Source: Verrucomicrobiota bacterium
GTDB taxonomy: Bacteria > Verrucomicrobiota > Verrucomicrobiia > Limisphaerales > SXQI01
DNA: 63,020 nt
Reading direction: 5' to 3'
NCBI GenBank assembly: GCA_033762115.1
Contig: JANRLX010000126.1
Coordinates: 1-63,020, forward strand
The notes under the pieces are model-generated. The model had not been told where the DNA came from. It worked only from the letters and a program-made list of their open reading frames with translations, and did no database searches. This document shows positions 1 to 11,891 of the stretch, piece after piece. Both the position numbers and the translations under genes were made by a program. Position 1 is the first letter of the stretch, and the number at the start of each line of letters is the position of its first letter.

Positions 1-729
1 ATATCCCACTGTATCCGCATAACGCACCAGATCGAGCCAATGCATGGCCATCCGTTCACCATAATGGGCTGAACTCAGAAATTTCTCCACAAGCAGATCA
101 TAGGCATTGGGGCGACGGTCTTTGATAAAAGACTCAACTTCGGCCGGACTTGGAGGAAGGCCGCGCAGGTCAAAACTAAGGCGTCGTATTAAAGTCCGCT
201 TGTCCGCTGGTTTGGATGGAGAAATTTTTTCCTTTTCCAATCGGGCAAGAATAAAGGAATCAATTGGATTCACGACCCAGCTTGCATTATCAACTCTTGG
301 AATAGCTGACTTCACTGGGGGAATATACGCCCAATGCCCTTCATATTTGGCACCCTGTTTGATCCATTCCTTGATTAATAGAATCTGCTCAGGTTTGAGT
401 TTTTTGGGAGAATCCGCTGGAGGCATGACCTCATCGGGGTCATGAGTGGTCAGACGCTTCAACACCTCACTTTCTTCCGGTCGCCCGGGCACAATCGCGC
501 GGCTGCCGTTACGATCAGCGTAGGCGCCTTCTTCCGTATCCAATCGCAATTTCGCCTTGCGGGTTGCCTTGTCGGGGCCGTGGCATTGATAACAGGCATC
601 GGAAAGAATCGGACGAATATCACGATTAAACTGGATCATTGCTTGTGCTGCTTCAAAGCTGAAGCAACACAGCAAGGTCAACCCCAAAACGAAAAAGCGA
701 TAGGAAAGTTGGTGCCGAGGAAGCATCAT
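1..729 (-). CDS. Planctomycete/verrucomicrobial cytochrome c + DUF1549 (PSCyt1/PSCyt2) protein, 3' end runs off the window
   Basis: Not in the ORF track. Manual translation of the minus strand from ATG at 729 gives a signal peptide, then IQFNRDIRPILSDACYQCHGPD (CxxCH), MPP, WIKQGA, NPIDSFILARL, TLIRRLSFDLRGLPP and HYGERMAMHWLDLVRYADT, open to base 1. Confidence 0.9.
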   Translation of the reverse strand, partial: MMLPRHQLSYRFFVLGLTLLCCFSFEAAQAMIQFNRDIRPILSDACYQCHGPDKATRKAKLRLDTEEGAYADRNGSRAIVPGRPEESEVLKRLTTHDPDEVMPPADSPKKLKPEQILLIKEWIKQGAKYEGHWAYIPPVKSAIPRVDNASWVVNPIDSFILARLEKEKISPSKPADKRTLIRRLSFDLRGLPPSPAEVESFIKDRRPNAYDLLVEKFLSSAHYGERMAMHWLDLVRYADTVGY

Positions 730-773
730 GATGGAACGAACTTAGAACCTTGATCAACGAGATGCAAGCCAGC

Positions 774-1319
774 TCATTTGGCAGCCAGAGCTTTTTCAAT
801 ATCACCGGTCAACTCCTCAGATTCAGGCGCCACCTTGGAGTCATAGCGTTTGATGACCTTGCCATCACGACCGATCAAAAACTTGCTGAAATTCCATTTT
901 ACATCACCCGGAAAAGAAGAATCTTTTCCAGTTAACGCTGCATAGAGCGGGTGTTGCTCTGATCCTTTCACATGGATTTTTTCCGTCAGAGGAAAAGTGA
1001 CATCGTAGGTCGTTGAGCAAAATGTTTTGATTTCTTCAGCGGAGCCCGGTTCCTGCGAGCCAAAATCATTTGAAGGCACCCCCAGGACAACCAGCCCTTG
1101 ATCCTTGAACTTTCGATGAATCGCTTCAAGTCCTTTATATTGTGGCGTGTAACCGCATTTCGAGGCTACATTCACGAGCAAAATGACCTTGCCCTGGTAA
1201 GCTTTTAAGGAAGTTTTTTTTCCATCGATATCGTTGATCGGTATTTCGTAGATTGAAGTCATGGCAAATAATGTGGTGATACCCAGTCCAAGAATCGCCG
1301 CAGCGAGTGATTTTTTCAT
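774..1319 (-). CDS. Glutathione peroxidase family protein (Cys type) with probable signal peptide
   Basis: Motifs NVASKCGYTPQY, GVPSNDFGSQEPG, KWNFSKFL; a second Cys in KTFCS; hydrophobic N-terminus MKKSLAAAILGLGITTLFA. Confidence 0.93.
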   Translation of the reverse strand: MKKSLAAAILGLGITTLFAMTSIYEIPINDIDGKKTSLKAYQGKVILLVNVASKCGYTPQYKGLEAIHRKFKDQGLVVLGVPSNDFGSQEPGSAEEIKTFCSTTYDVTFPLTEKIHVKGSEQHPLYAALTGKDSSFPGDVKWNFSKFLIGRDGKVIKRYDSKVAPESEELTGDIEKALAAK

Positions 1320-1387
1320 AAAATAATTTTAATTTCTGAAAACAAGAACTTTAACCCATGGAATGACCACTTTTCCGGCTCCGATAT

Positions 1388-2101
1388 TCAATCAGGGATA
1401 TCGGAATAAATGATGGTCTCCATGCGGGATTCGAGAACTCGCGCTAACGGGGTTTGTCCATTCGGAATGGTCGAAGCATTAAAGGCAGTTTCCTTACCTG
1501 TGCCGGAAGCGAGGACCCATGCGTTAAGCGCAGCTGCAAGAGCCTGATAACCGAGGGTAATCCGCCGAGGGGGAGGTTTCGGCCCGATGACTTCCCGATA
1601 AACATCAGGCAAATCGCGGACAGCTTCCGATTCGTTGGGAAACAATGAAGCGACATGCCCATCTTCCCCCATCCCAAGAAACACCAGATCAATGATTGGT
1701 TGTCCTGATTCTGTCAAAGGAGCTATCCTGCAAATCTCTCCTTCAATTTCCTGGCAAGCCATTTTTGGGTCGATTTCGCCCCGAATACGATGAATCTGGC
1801 TCGAAGGTATTTCCAGAGGTTTGAACAACAGATCATTAGCGATCCTGTAGTTGCTCTCCGGGTCGTCCGGTCGGACGCAACGTTCATCTGCCCAGAAGAA
1901 ATGAACATGATCGAAGGAAGCCCGTTTCTGTTTTCCTATCGCGACAATTTGCTCAAATAAAAGTTTGGTTATTCGCCCACCCGAAAGCGCCACAGTTAAA
2001 GGACGTCCCGGGTTGCGCGCCAGGAAACCAACAAACTGTTCTGCCACAGTGGCGGCAAGCGCTTGGGGACTGTGTGCTTTCCTGATTTCAAAAGGCCTCA
2101 T
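1388..2101 (-). CDS. pgl: 6-phosphogluconolactonase
   Basis: Motifs VALSGG, FWADERCV, LGMGEDGHVASLFP, RITL; overlaps the zwf stop by 4 bp. Confidence 0.95.
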   Translation of the reverse strand: MRPFEIRKAHSPQALAATVAEQFVGFLARNPGRPLTVALSGGRITKLLFEQIVAIGKQKRASFDHVHFFWADERCVRPDDPESNYRIANDLLFKPLEIPSSQIHRIRGEIDPKMACQEIEGEICRIAPLTESGQPIIDLVFLGMGEDGHVASLFPNESEAVRDLPDVYREVIGPKPPPRRITLGYQALAAALNAWVLASGTGKETAFNASTIPNGQTPLARVLESRMETIIYSDIPD

Positions 2102-3663
2102 TTCGGCTGAATATGAGGTTCACGCCAGACATGGCCTTCCTGGGCCAGGAGATCATCCGATGCCACTGGGCCCCATGTTCCAGCTGAATAGAATTCGCGG
2201 TTTGTTAACGATTTCCCTTCCCATCCCTTTCGAATGGAATCCACAATCCCCCAGGCGGTCTCGACCTCATCGCGTCGAATAAAGAGAGTTGCATCGCCTG
2301 CCATTGCTTCCAGGAGAAGGCGTTCATAGGCTTCAGGCGTGTAGGCGCCGAACTCGCTGTCGTAACCAAAACTCATTCGCACAGGGCGGACCTGAAGACT
2401 GGTGCCGGGTACTTTGCCGTTAAATCGCAGGTTGATCCCCTCATCCGGTTGAAGACGAAGAGTGATCGCATTGGAATCCAATCGTGATCCACACTGGGCT
2501 GCGAAGAGAACATGCGGAGTGGAACGGAATTGAACCCTCACTTCACTGGCGCTTTGCGGCAATGATTTGCCTGTTCGGAGGTAAAAGGGCACCCCGGACC
2601 AGCGCCAGTTATCAATAAACAGTTTCAGCGCCACATAAGTCTCGACATTCGAATCAGAAGCAACTTTTGCTTCCTGTCGATAGCCAGGTCGCAACTGCCC
2701 ATCCAGCATTCCGGCAAAATATTGACCGCGCACAACTTGCTTTGTGACATCGGAAGGAGTCATTGGCCTGATTGATTTAAGGACTTTCACCTTTTCATCG
2801 CGAATAGGCTCTGCTTCCAGATTCACCGGGGGTTCCATCGCCACCAGGGCCAGCACTTGCAGCAAATGGTTCTGCACCATGTCCCGGATCGCGCCCGCCT
2901 CCTCGTAATAGCCGCCGCGACCGCCTACCCCAAGCTTTTCACTGACGGTGATCTGGACATGATCAATGCACTGTTTGTTCCAAAGCTGCTCGAAAATAAA
3001 GTTTGAGAAACGGAACATCAGGATATTCTGAACAGTTTCTTTTCCCAAATAATGGTCGATACGAAAGACCTGTTTTTCATGGGCAAAACGGGTCAGGTCT
3101 GAATTCAATTCCTGCGCTGATTTCAAATCGTGGCCAAATGGCTTTTCGACCACGATCCGCTGCCAGAAACCATTTGCATCCTCCCGATGCAGCAATCCAG
3201 CATTATGCAAATGTTCGACTACTTCACCAAACTGACTGGGAGAAGTGGCGAGATAAAAAAGGAGATTACGCCGAAGTTGTTCACTACCAAAGCCCCCCAA
3301 ATGGGCTTCCAGTTTCCGGTAGGCTGAGCTGTCTGAGATGTCTCCCTGGCAATAGGTGAGATTCTCTGCGAAAACCTGCCAGAGCGCATCATCCACCGGC
3401 TTTGTTCTCGAAAACTGACGCAGAGCTGCCAAAAGCTCTTCTCTCCATTGCTGGTCCGACTTTTCGCGCCGGGCAAAACCAACAATCCGAAACGGAGTCG
3501 GAAGGGCTTTTGACGAAAACAAATGATAAAAAGCTGGAATGAGCTTCCTTGCAGTCAGATCTCCACTCGCCCCAAAAATAATGATGGAGCATGGCTCCAC
3601 CACCTTTTTTCGTTCATCTATCCTACAGGTCATTATCTCGTCCAATTGCTCCAGCTCACTCAT
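2098..3663 (-). CDS. zwf: Glucose-6-phosphate 1-dehydrogenase
   Basis: Motifs IFGASGDLT, VEKPFGHDL, RIDHYLGKETVQN, DMVQNH, WSGVPFYLRTGK. Confidence 0.98.
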   Translation of the reverse strand: MSELEQLDEIMTCRIDERKKVVEPCSIIIFGASGDLTARKLIPAFYHLFSSKALPTPFRIVGFARREKSDQQWREELLAALRQFSRTKPVDDALWQVFAENLTYCQGDISDSSAYRKLEAHLGGFGSEQLRRNLLFYLATSPSQFGEVVEHLHNAGLLHREDANGFWQRIVVEKPFGHDLKSAQELNSDLTRFAHEKQVFRIDHYLGKETVQNILMFRFSNFIFEQLWNKQCIDHVQITVSEKLGVGGRGGYYEEAGAIRDMVQNHLLQVLALVAMEPPVNLEAEPIRDEKVKVLKSIRPMTPSDVTKQVVRGQYFAGMLDGQLRPGYRQEAKVASDSNVETYVALKLFIDNWRWSGVPFYLRTGKSLPQSASEVRVQFRSTPHVLFAAQCGSRLDSNAITLRLQPDEGINLRFNGKVPGTSLQVRPVRMSFGYDSEFGAYTPEAYERLLLEAMAGDATLFIRRDEVETAWGIVDSIRKGWEGKSLTNREFYSAGTWGPVASDDLLAQEGHVWREPHIQPK

Positions 3664-3671
3664 GGGAATGG

Positions 3672-3700
3672 AGGATGACCAAGCTTCCTTTCTAATTCAA
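3672..3700 (-). promoter_or_regulatory. Putative sigma70 promoter of zwf-pgl (TTGAAT-17-CATCCT), near-leaderless
   Basis: Hexamers with 17-bp spacing; the -10 ends 8 nt before the ATG. Confidence 0.45.
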
Positions 3701-3782
3701 CAACGTTGTAGCGGTAAGAGTAGACCAGCCTCCAGGACAACAAACTCGCCCAATTGGCGAGAGTGCGCTAATCTTCTGACCA

Positions 3783-4457
3783 ATGGATTATCGGTTTGCT
3801 GAAAAAAGTCTTTTGGACAGTAAGCCACTCCCTTCCTCTTTTTATCATCCTTCCGCGAAAGAAGTGGCACCGGCTTTACTTGGACATTTCCTGCTTCGTA
3901 ACACAGCTTCCGGCCCGGTGGGGGGAATTATTGTCGAAACTGAGGCTTATCTGGTCAATGACCCTGCCTGCCATGCTTATATTGGAGAAACCAAACGAAC
4001 CAGGACCATGTTTGGTCCGCCAGGACATGCTTATGTCTATTTCATATACGGTGTTTACAATTGCTTCAACGCTGTCTGCCAGCCTCGAGGGATCGCGGAA
4101 GCTGTTCTGATCAGGGCTTTGCACCCCGTTTGGGGAATCCAGCAGATGCAATTGCGCCAGGATAAAAATGATCCAGTAAAGCTCGCGAGTGGCCCGGGAA
4201 ATCTTTGTGCTGCACTCGATATTTCGCGGAAGCATGATTCTCTGGATCTTACCGTCGCTTCTTCTCCGCTTTATATTGCGGAAAATCTGCATCGGCAAAA
4301 AATCATGGAAAATTTGGGTCCGGTAGTGGTCACAACCCGAATTGGAATTACCAGGGCCGCGGAGCAACCGTTGCGTTTTTATTTGGAAGGAAGCGCGGCT
4401 GTTTCCAAAAAGATGTCGTCCAAACGGATCTCGAAAATAGCGGCCCAATCTCAATGA
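3783..4457 (+). CDS. mpg: DNA-3-methyladenine glycosylase (MPG/AAG family)
   Basis: Motifs IVETEAY, DPACH, MFGPPGHAYVYFIYG, AVLIRA, GPGNLC, RIGI. Confidence 0.93.
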   Translation: MDYRFAEKSLLDSKPLPSSFYHPSAKEVAPALLGHFLLRNTASGPVGGIIVETEAYLVNDPACHAYIGETKRTRTMFGPPGHAYVYFIYGVYNCFNAVCQPRGIAEAVLIRALHPVWGIQQMQLRQDKNDPVKLASGPGNLCAALDISRKHDSLDLTVASSPLYIAENLHRQKIMENLGPVVVTTRIGITRAAEQPLRFYLEGSAAVSKKMSSKRISKIAAQSQ

Positions 4458-4514
4458 GATTGGCATCATTCCGTGATCATGTAGGATCACTCCAATGAGC
4501 GGAATGATTCAGTC

Positions 4515-5198
4515 ATGATCTCCAGGCTGCCGCGCTGGGTCTGGGCTGGGGCATGGCTTCTGGCGCTTGTCGCTGGAATGATTAATGTGGTCGGCCTTCT
4601 TGGTTTCGAACACGGAGCTGTCAGCCATCTCACAGGGACTACTTCCCTTCTGGGGGCCGCCCTGGCCCGCGCGGAATTGATTCAGGCGACACAATTATTC
4701 CTGCTGGTTTTCTCTTTCCTGGCAGGCGCGGTTTTAAGCGGAATCATTATTCAGGACAGCACCTTGAAGCTGGGACGACATTACGGGTTTGTTCTCTTTT
4801 TGGAAGCCATCCTGCTCATGATTGCGGTCCCATTGCTTCAGCGCCAAAGCCATTTAGGAACATATCTGGCGGCGTGCGCTTGTGGCCTTCAAAATGCCAT
4901 GGTCAGTACGTTCAGTGGTGCAGTGATTCGCACGACCCACCTTTCAGGTATGTTTACTGATCTGGGGATTTTTCTTGGCCATACCATCCGTGGATTACCT
5001 GTGGACAAGCGCCGCCTTCAACTTTGTTTTCTGATCATTTCCGGGTTTCTCTGTGGAGGTGTATGCGGCACCTTCATTTTTGCTCGGTCCGGATACGCGA
5101 CTCTTTACTTTCCCGCCATTTTAACTGGTTCAGCTGCTTTGGGATATACGCTCTACACATTGAGCAGGAAGCCCTCATCCGCAGTCAATCTCTCCTGA
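4515..5198 (+). CDS. YoaK / DUF1275 family membrane protein
   Basis: Multi-TM protein with motifs AGMIN, SHLTGTT, GLQNA, IRTTHLSGMFTDLG. Confidence 0.88.
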   Translation: MISRLPRWVWAGAWLLALVAGMINVVGLLGFEHGAVSHLTGTTSLLGAALARAELIQATQLFLLVFSFLAGAVLSGIIIQDSTLKLGRHYGFVLFLEAILLMIAVPLLQRQSHLGTYLAACACGLQNAMVSTFSGAVIRTTHLSGMFTDLGIFLGHTIRGLPVDKRRLQLCFLIISGFLCGGVCGTFIFARSGYATLYFPAILTGSAALGYTLYTLSRKPSSAVNLS

Positions 5199-5239
5199 TC
5201 AGGTCTTCCAATTTGTTCTGCCTCATTTGCCACGGTAGC

Positions 5240-7381
<2,142 letters not shown>

Positions 7382-7387
7382 GTAAAC

Positions 7388-7421
7388 AAAAACCCGAACT
7401 GCAGTAAGCGGTTCGGGTCTT
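7388..7421. terminator. Probable bidirectional intrinsic terminator between convergent thiC and efp
   Basis: Stem ACCCGAACTGC / GCGGTTCGGGT with a 5-nt loop; the A-tract on the left gives a U-tail for the efp transcript. Confidence 0.75.
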
Positions 7422-7441
7422 GAAAGAATGAAAGCGGAAGC

Positions 7442-7999
7442 TCAGGCGCGTTCCATGTACTTGCCTGTGCGCGTATCGATTTTGATCTTTTCGCCAGTCT
7501 TGATGAACAACGGAACCTGCACGTTGATTCCTGTTTCCATCAGGACGGTTTTTTGAACGTTGTTTGCCGAATCACCACGAATTCCCTCCGGAGCGTCGGT
7601 TACTGTAAGTACCACACTGGAAGGAAGTTCGATTTGAACAGCCTTGTCCTCCACAAAAGTCATGGTCACAGCCCCATTTTCCACAAGGTAATTCTTGGCA
7701 TCTCCCACAAGTTCCGGAGTTAACGTGACGGTCTCGTAATTTTCCGGGTCGGAGAACACAAAATCTTCACCATCCTTGTAGCTGAATTCCATCTTGCGGG
7801 TCATCATGGGGATGACGTCAATTTTTTCCGTGGAACTGAATCGCACATCGGAAGACTTTCCAGTGCGAATGCTGCGAATGGTGGCCTGGACAAAAGCACG
7901 CAGGTTGCCGGGAGTGCGGTGTTGGGCATCCAAAACGACGGCCACATCGCCGTTATAACTGATGGCCATGCCACGCCGAATATCATTTGCTGTCGCCAT
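7442..7999 (-). CDS. efp: Translation elongation factor P (atypical PGNL tip loop)
   Basis: Motifs HRTPGNLRAFVQ, PEGIRGDSA, ETGINVQVPLFIKTGEKIKIDTRTGKYMERA. Confidence 0.96.
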   Translation of the reverse strand: MATANDIRRGMAISYNGDVAVVLDAQHRTPGNLRAFVQATIRSIRTGKSSDVRFSSTEKIDVIPMMTRKMEFSYKDGEDFVFSDPENYETVTLTPELVGDAKNYLVENGAVTMTFVEDKAVQIELPSSVVLTVTDAPEGIRGDSANNVQKTVLMETGINVQVPLFIKTGEKIKIDTRTGKYMERA

Positions 8000-8156
8000 A
8001 AATCTTTACTTCTGCGGAAAAACGAGAGCGGGAAAATAGCCGACCGAACAATGATTGCAAGCTCTCATTTCTCGTTTTTTCCGAATAATCTGAGAAATCT
8101 GCTTGCCACTGCTCTCATTTTGACTGAAATAACAGCTGATCTGCCGGGTCGATATT

Positions 8157-8549
8157 GTGGAAGCAAGCGCTAACCGAAATCATAAAAATAATCTTGTTTT
8201 CATCGTGGATGACGAGGCACTGCTGTGCGAAATCGCAGATGCGCTCCTCACCAGCGAAGGATTCAACACCCGTCGCTTTCTGGTTCCAGAGGAAGCCCTC
8301 GCTGCTTTTAAGGATTCTCCAGTAAAACCCGCCCTTTTGGTGACCGATTTTGTCATGGGTTCAATGAACGGAATTGATCTCATTGAACATTGCAAAGCCC
8401 TGTCGCCCGAATTGAAAACTGTTCTCCTGAGCGGGACTGTTGGTGAATCCACCCTTCGTCAGTATGCCACCCAGCCGGACGCCTTCCTTCCCAAACCATA
8501 CCAGATCAATACCTTCCTCAGAGTCGTTCACGACGCGCTCAATAGTTAA
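8157..8549 (+). CDS. Single-domain response regulator (REC)
   Basis: Motifs IVDDE, LLVTD(phosphoacceptor)FVM, LSG, FLPKPY; GTG start. Confidence 0.88.
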   Translation: MEASANRNHKNNLVFIVDDEALLCEIADALLTSEGFNTRRFLVPEEALAAFKDSPVKPALLVTDFVMGSMNGIDLIEHCKALSPELKTVLLSGTVGESTLRQYATQPDAFLPKPYQINTFLRVVHDALNS

Positions 8550-8623
8550 TTGAGTCGCATCTGCACTATTCCCTGTCTTTTCAGCGAGAATAGAAGAGAT
8601 TTATCCAAGGAGCAGCATTTTAA

Positions 8624-10468
8624 ATGATATCAAAATTATTTTCAGAACTTGGCCTTTCAGATGAAGTCTTGAAAGCAGTGGACCGGCTCGGGTTTGAGAA
8701 AGCTTCCCCGATCCAGGCGGAGGCAATCCCGGTGCTTTTGACTGGCAAGGATGTTGTCGGCCAATCACAGACCGGCTCCGGAAAAACAGCCGCATTTGCA
8801 ATTCCAGCAATTGAAAAAATTGAGCCAGGCATCAAAGGGGTGCAGGTCATCATACTTTGTCCCACGCGTGAGTTGGCGGTACAGGTTTCGGAAGAGGTTC
8901 ACAAACTGGCTTTTTACAAACGTGGGATTCACGCCCTTCCCATTTATGGGGGGCAATCATATGAACGCCAGTTCGCCGGACTAAAACAGGGGGTCCAGAT
9001 CATCATCGGAACACCAGGCCGTGTGATGGATCATATGCGGCGCGGCACACTCCGCTTGAACATGGTAAAAATGGCTGTGCTGGATGAAGCAGACGTGATG
9101 CTGGATATGGGGTTCCGGGAAGATATTGAATTCATTCTTGAAGCCATCCCCAAAGAGCGGCAGACAGTGTTTTTTTCGGCAACCCTTCCCCGGCCAATCC
9201 AGGATTTGATCGGCAAGTATGCCCGCGATCCGCACAACGTGAAAATTGATCATAAAAGCGTCACTGTTCCCACTGTGGAGCAGGTGTATTATGAAGTGGA
9301 TCGGCGATTTAAAATTGAGCTGTTGACCCGTCTGATTGATATCCATGACCTGAAGCTTGGAATTATTTTCTGCAATACCAAACGGATGGTGGATGACCTC
9401 GTTGATCATTTGAATGCGCAAGGTTATTCGGCGGATCGACTTCACGGTGACATGAGCCAGGCAATGCGCGATCGCGTCATGCAGAAATTCCGTAAATCAG
9501 GTTTGGAGTTCCTGGTCGCCACGGATGTCGCAGCCAGAGGCATCGATGTGGATGATGTCCAGGTGGTATTTAACTACGACCTGCCTTACGATGTTGAGGA
9601 TTACGTTCACAGGATTGGGCGAACGGGACGCGCAGGACGGAGTGGGCGGGCAATTTCCTTTGTTGCCGGACGTGAGGTCTTTCAAATTCAACAGATCGAA
9701 CGTTACACAAAAACGCGAATTCATCGCGCAAAAGTTCCCACTGTAACTGAAGTTGAGCAGGCACGTGCCAGCGCTTTTCTGGATAAGATCAGGGCGACGT
9801 TGCAAAGCGGAGAGTTCAAACGTCAGGACACTCTGATTTCTGTATTATTGGATGAAGGGTTTAGTTCAACAGACATTGCCTCCGCTCTCATGCACCTTGC
9901 GCAAGGTGAAGAGGCAAAGCCAAAGACAGAACGGCCTTTCCAGGAGGAACGGTTCCCTCAACGTGGGGACATGCAGCGAGATAACCCTGATGCGCGACGT
10001 CAACGAGAGCAGCGGCCTCCCCTGCCCGATCGAAAACCAATGGTTCCTGTTTCCAAATCGTTGCCTGGGACAAAAACGACGATTGTTCCGGAATCAGCAG
10101 CAAAGAAACCTGTGGAAACGGCTCCTCCCCAGTTATTCAAGGAACGGAAAAAGTCCACGATTTCTGAGCAGGTCCGGGCGCCAAAACACAGTCGCCGCAC
10201 ACCGGAAAACCAAACGCGGCTTTTTTTAAGCGTGGGCCGGGAGGATGGCATTGATCGAGAGGAAATTCTGCAAGTAATTCAAGGGGAAACCGCGCTGCCC
10301 TCTTCAGTTATTGGGGAAACTGATATTCGCGAGCGGCATTCCTTTGTCGATGTGCTTTCAGACCATGCCCACGCTATTGTGAGCAAGCTGTCACGCGCCA
10401 AATATCAAGAGAAACGATTGAAAGTGAAACTCGCGAGCCGCCCTAATGAAAGCCCTGAAGAGCAATGA
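8624..10468 (+). CDS. deaD: DEAD-box RNA helicase, DeaD/CsdA-like, with C-terminal DbpA RNA-binding domain
   Basis: Q motif, SQTGSGKT, PTRELA, TPGR, DEAD, SAT, ARGID, HRIGRTGRAG; C-terminal RLFLSVGREDG domain. Confidence 0.9.
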   Translation: MISKLFSELGLSDEVLKAVDRLGFEKASPIQAEAIPVLLTGKDVVGQSQTGSGKTAAFAIPAIEKIEPGIKGVQVIILCPTRELAVQVSEEVHKLAFYKRGIHALPIYGGQSYERQFAGLKQGVQIIIGTPGRVMDHMRRGTLRLNMVKMAVLDEADVMLDMGFREDIEFILEAIPKERQTVFFSATLPRPIQDLIGKYARDPHNVKIDHKSVTVPTVEQVYYEVDRRFKIELLTRLIDIHDLKLGIIFCNTKRMVDDLVDHLNAQGYSADRLHGDMSQAMRDRVMQKFRKSGLEFLVATDVAARGIDVDDVQVVFNYDLPYDVEDYVHRIGRTGRAGRSGRAISFVAGREVFQIQQIERYTKTRIHRAKVPTVTEVEQARASAFLDKIRATLQSGEFKRQDTLISVLLDEGFSSTDIASALMHLAQGEEAKPKTERPFQEERFPQRGDMQRDNPDARRQREQRPPLPDRKPMVPVSKSLPGTKTTIVPESAAKKPVETAPPQLFKERKKSTISEQVRAPKHSRRTPENQTRLFLSVGREDGIDREEILQVIQGETALPSSVIGETDIRERHSFVDVLSDHAHAIVSKLSRAKYQEKRLKVKLASRPNESPEEQ

Positions 10469-11889
10469 ACTTGACTGCGGTTGCAAAGTTTCAGGCAATA
10501 CTTCTCCCCTGGGCGATCTGTTTTGCCTTTGGACTCTATTCCCTGGGAGAGACACACTCTGCAAATGCAGCTACCGGTATCGTTCCGTGCCGTATTGAGG
10601 TCGTGGATGCGGAAAATGGCTGGCCTGTTCCATTGATCGAGTTAAGCACCACCCATACAGCCCGGTTCATCACGGACAATGCGGGTCTGATCGCTTTCGA
10701 CTATCCTGAATTAATGGGGAGGGAAACCTGGTTTAATGTGGTTGGCCACGGCTACGAAGTCCCCAGGGATGGTTTCGGCATGCGCGGGGTCCGATTAACT
10801 CCGCTCCCCGGTAAAACTCTCCGAATCCAGGTTGTTCGAGCCAATATTGCAAAACGACTCGGACGTATCACCGGCGCTGGGTTATTCGCAGAATCCGAAA
10901 AACTGGGGATTGAATCAAAGCATGCAGAGGGAAAAATCCTTGGATGCGACAGTATTCAAAATGCAGTATATCAGGGGAAATTGTTTTGGCTTTGGGGAGA
11001 TACCACAGTTGCCCATTACCCTCTCGGAATTTTTGACGGTACCAGTGCGACCACTGCCCTGCAACCGATTGAATCGTTTGAGCCACCCATCCGAATGACT
11101 CTTGATTATTTTAGTGACCAAAATGGTTTGCCGCGGGGCATCGCGAAAATGCCCGGGAGCGGCCCGACCTGGGTTACGGGATATGTCACGTTACGTGACG
11201 CCAATGGACGCGAGAAACTTGTGGGTTCTTATTGCAAGATAAAACCGCCCTTGGAAGCTTATGAATGGGGTCTTTGTGTCTGGAATGACACCAATTCCAC
11301 TTTTGATCAGTTAAAAGTGGTCTGGACCAAATCCGACTCTTCACCCAAACCGCCGCTCATTCCTGAAGGTCACCCGATTTTCTGGAAGACAGAAGGCAAG
11401 GAATGGCTGATGTTCGGGAATCCCTTTCCCACCTTCAGGTGTCCCGCAACTTTTGAAGCATGGCAAGACATGACCACGTGGGAAGCCCTTAAACCTCCGG
11501 TGTCTCTCAAGTCGGTCACGGATGGGGCTGCAGTAAAACCACACAGCGGTTCAATGGCATGGAATCAATATCGGAAAAAGTGGGTCACTGTATTCATGGA
11601 AGCTTTTGGCAAGCCTTCAACCTTCGGTGAGCTTTGGTATGCCGAGGCGGAAAGTCCGGCTGGAAATTGGGCCAATGCCATTAAAATTCTGACCCACGAA
11701 AATTACACGTTTTATAATCCACGCATCCATCCTGAGTTCACGGCACCGGATTCCCCAATTCTGATTTTTGAAGGTACTTACACGATGCAGTTTGCGGATA
11801 AGCCAGTGCCAACTCCGCGATACGATTATAATCAAATTCTTTATCGCCTGGACTTAAACGATCCCAGGCTGAAACCCGCTTTCCAATAG
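10465..11889 (+). CDS. Hypothetical secreted protein (N-terminal beta-sandwich plus probable beta-propeller)
   Basis: 474-aa ORF with a signal-like N-terminus and Trp/Gly-rich LFWLWGDT-type segments; 4-bp overlap with deaD. Confidence 0.75.
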   Translation: MNLTAVAKFQAILLPWAICFAFGLYSLGETHSANAATGIVPCRIEVVDAENGWPVPLIELSTTHTARFITDNAGLIAFDYPELMGRETWFNVVGHGYEVPRDGFGMRGVRLTPLPGKTLRIQVVRANIAKRLGRITGAGLFAESEKLGIESKHAEGKILGCDSIQNAVYQGKLFWLWGDTTVAHYPLGIFDGTSATTALQPIESFEPPIRMTLDYFSDQNGLPRGIAKMPGSGPTWVTGYVTLRDANGREKLVGSYCKIKPPLEAYEWGLCVWNDTNSTFDQLKVVWTKSDSSPKPPLIPEGHPIFWKTEGKEWLMFGNPFPTFRCPATFEAWQDMTTWEALKPPVSLKSVTDGAAVKPHSGSMAWNQYRKKWVTVFMEAFGKPSTFGELWYAEAESPAGNWANAIKILTHENYTFYNPRIHPEFTAPDSPILIFEGTYTMQFADKPVPTPRYDYNQILYRLDLNDPRLKPAFQ

Positions 11890-11891
11890 CT

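Noticed and set aside
107..935. Plus-strand ORFs 107-445, 442-753 and 750-935
   Set aside because: They are antisense shadows of the minus-strand cytochrome/DUF1549 and peroxidase genes. The same applies to most short nested ORFs in the track.
1156..1158. Possible selenocysteine in the glutathione peroxidase
   Set aside because: The active-site codon is TGC (Cys), not TGA.
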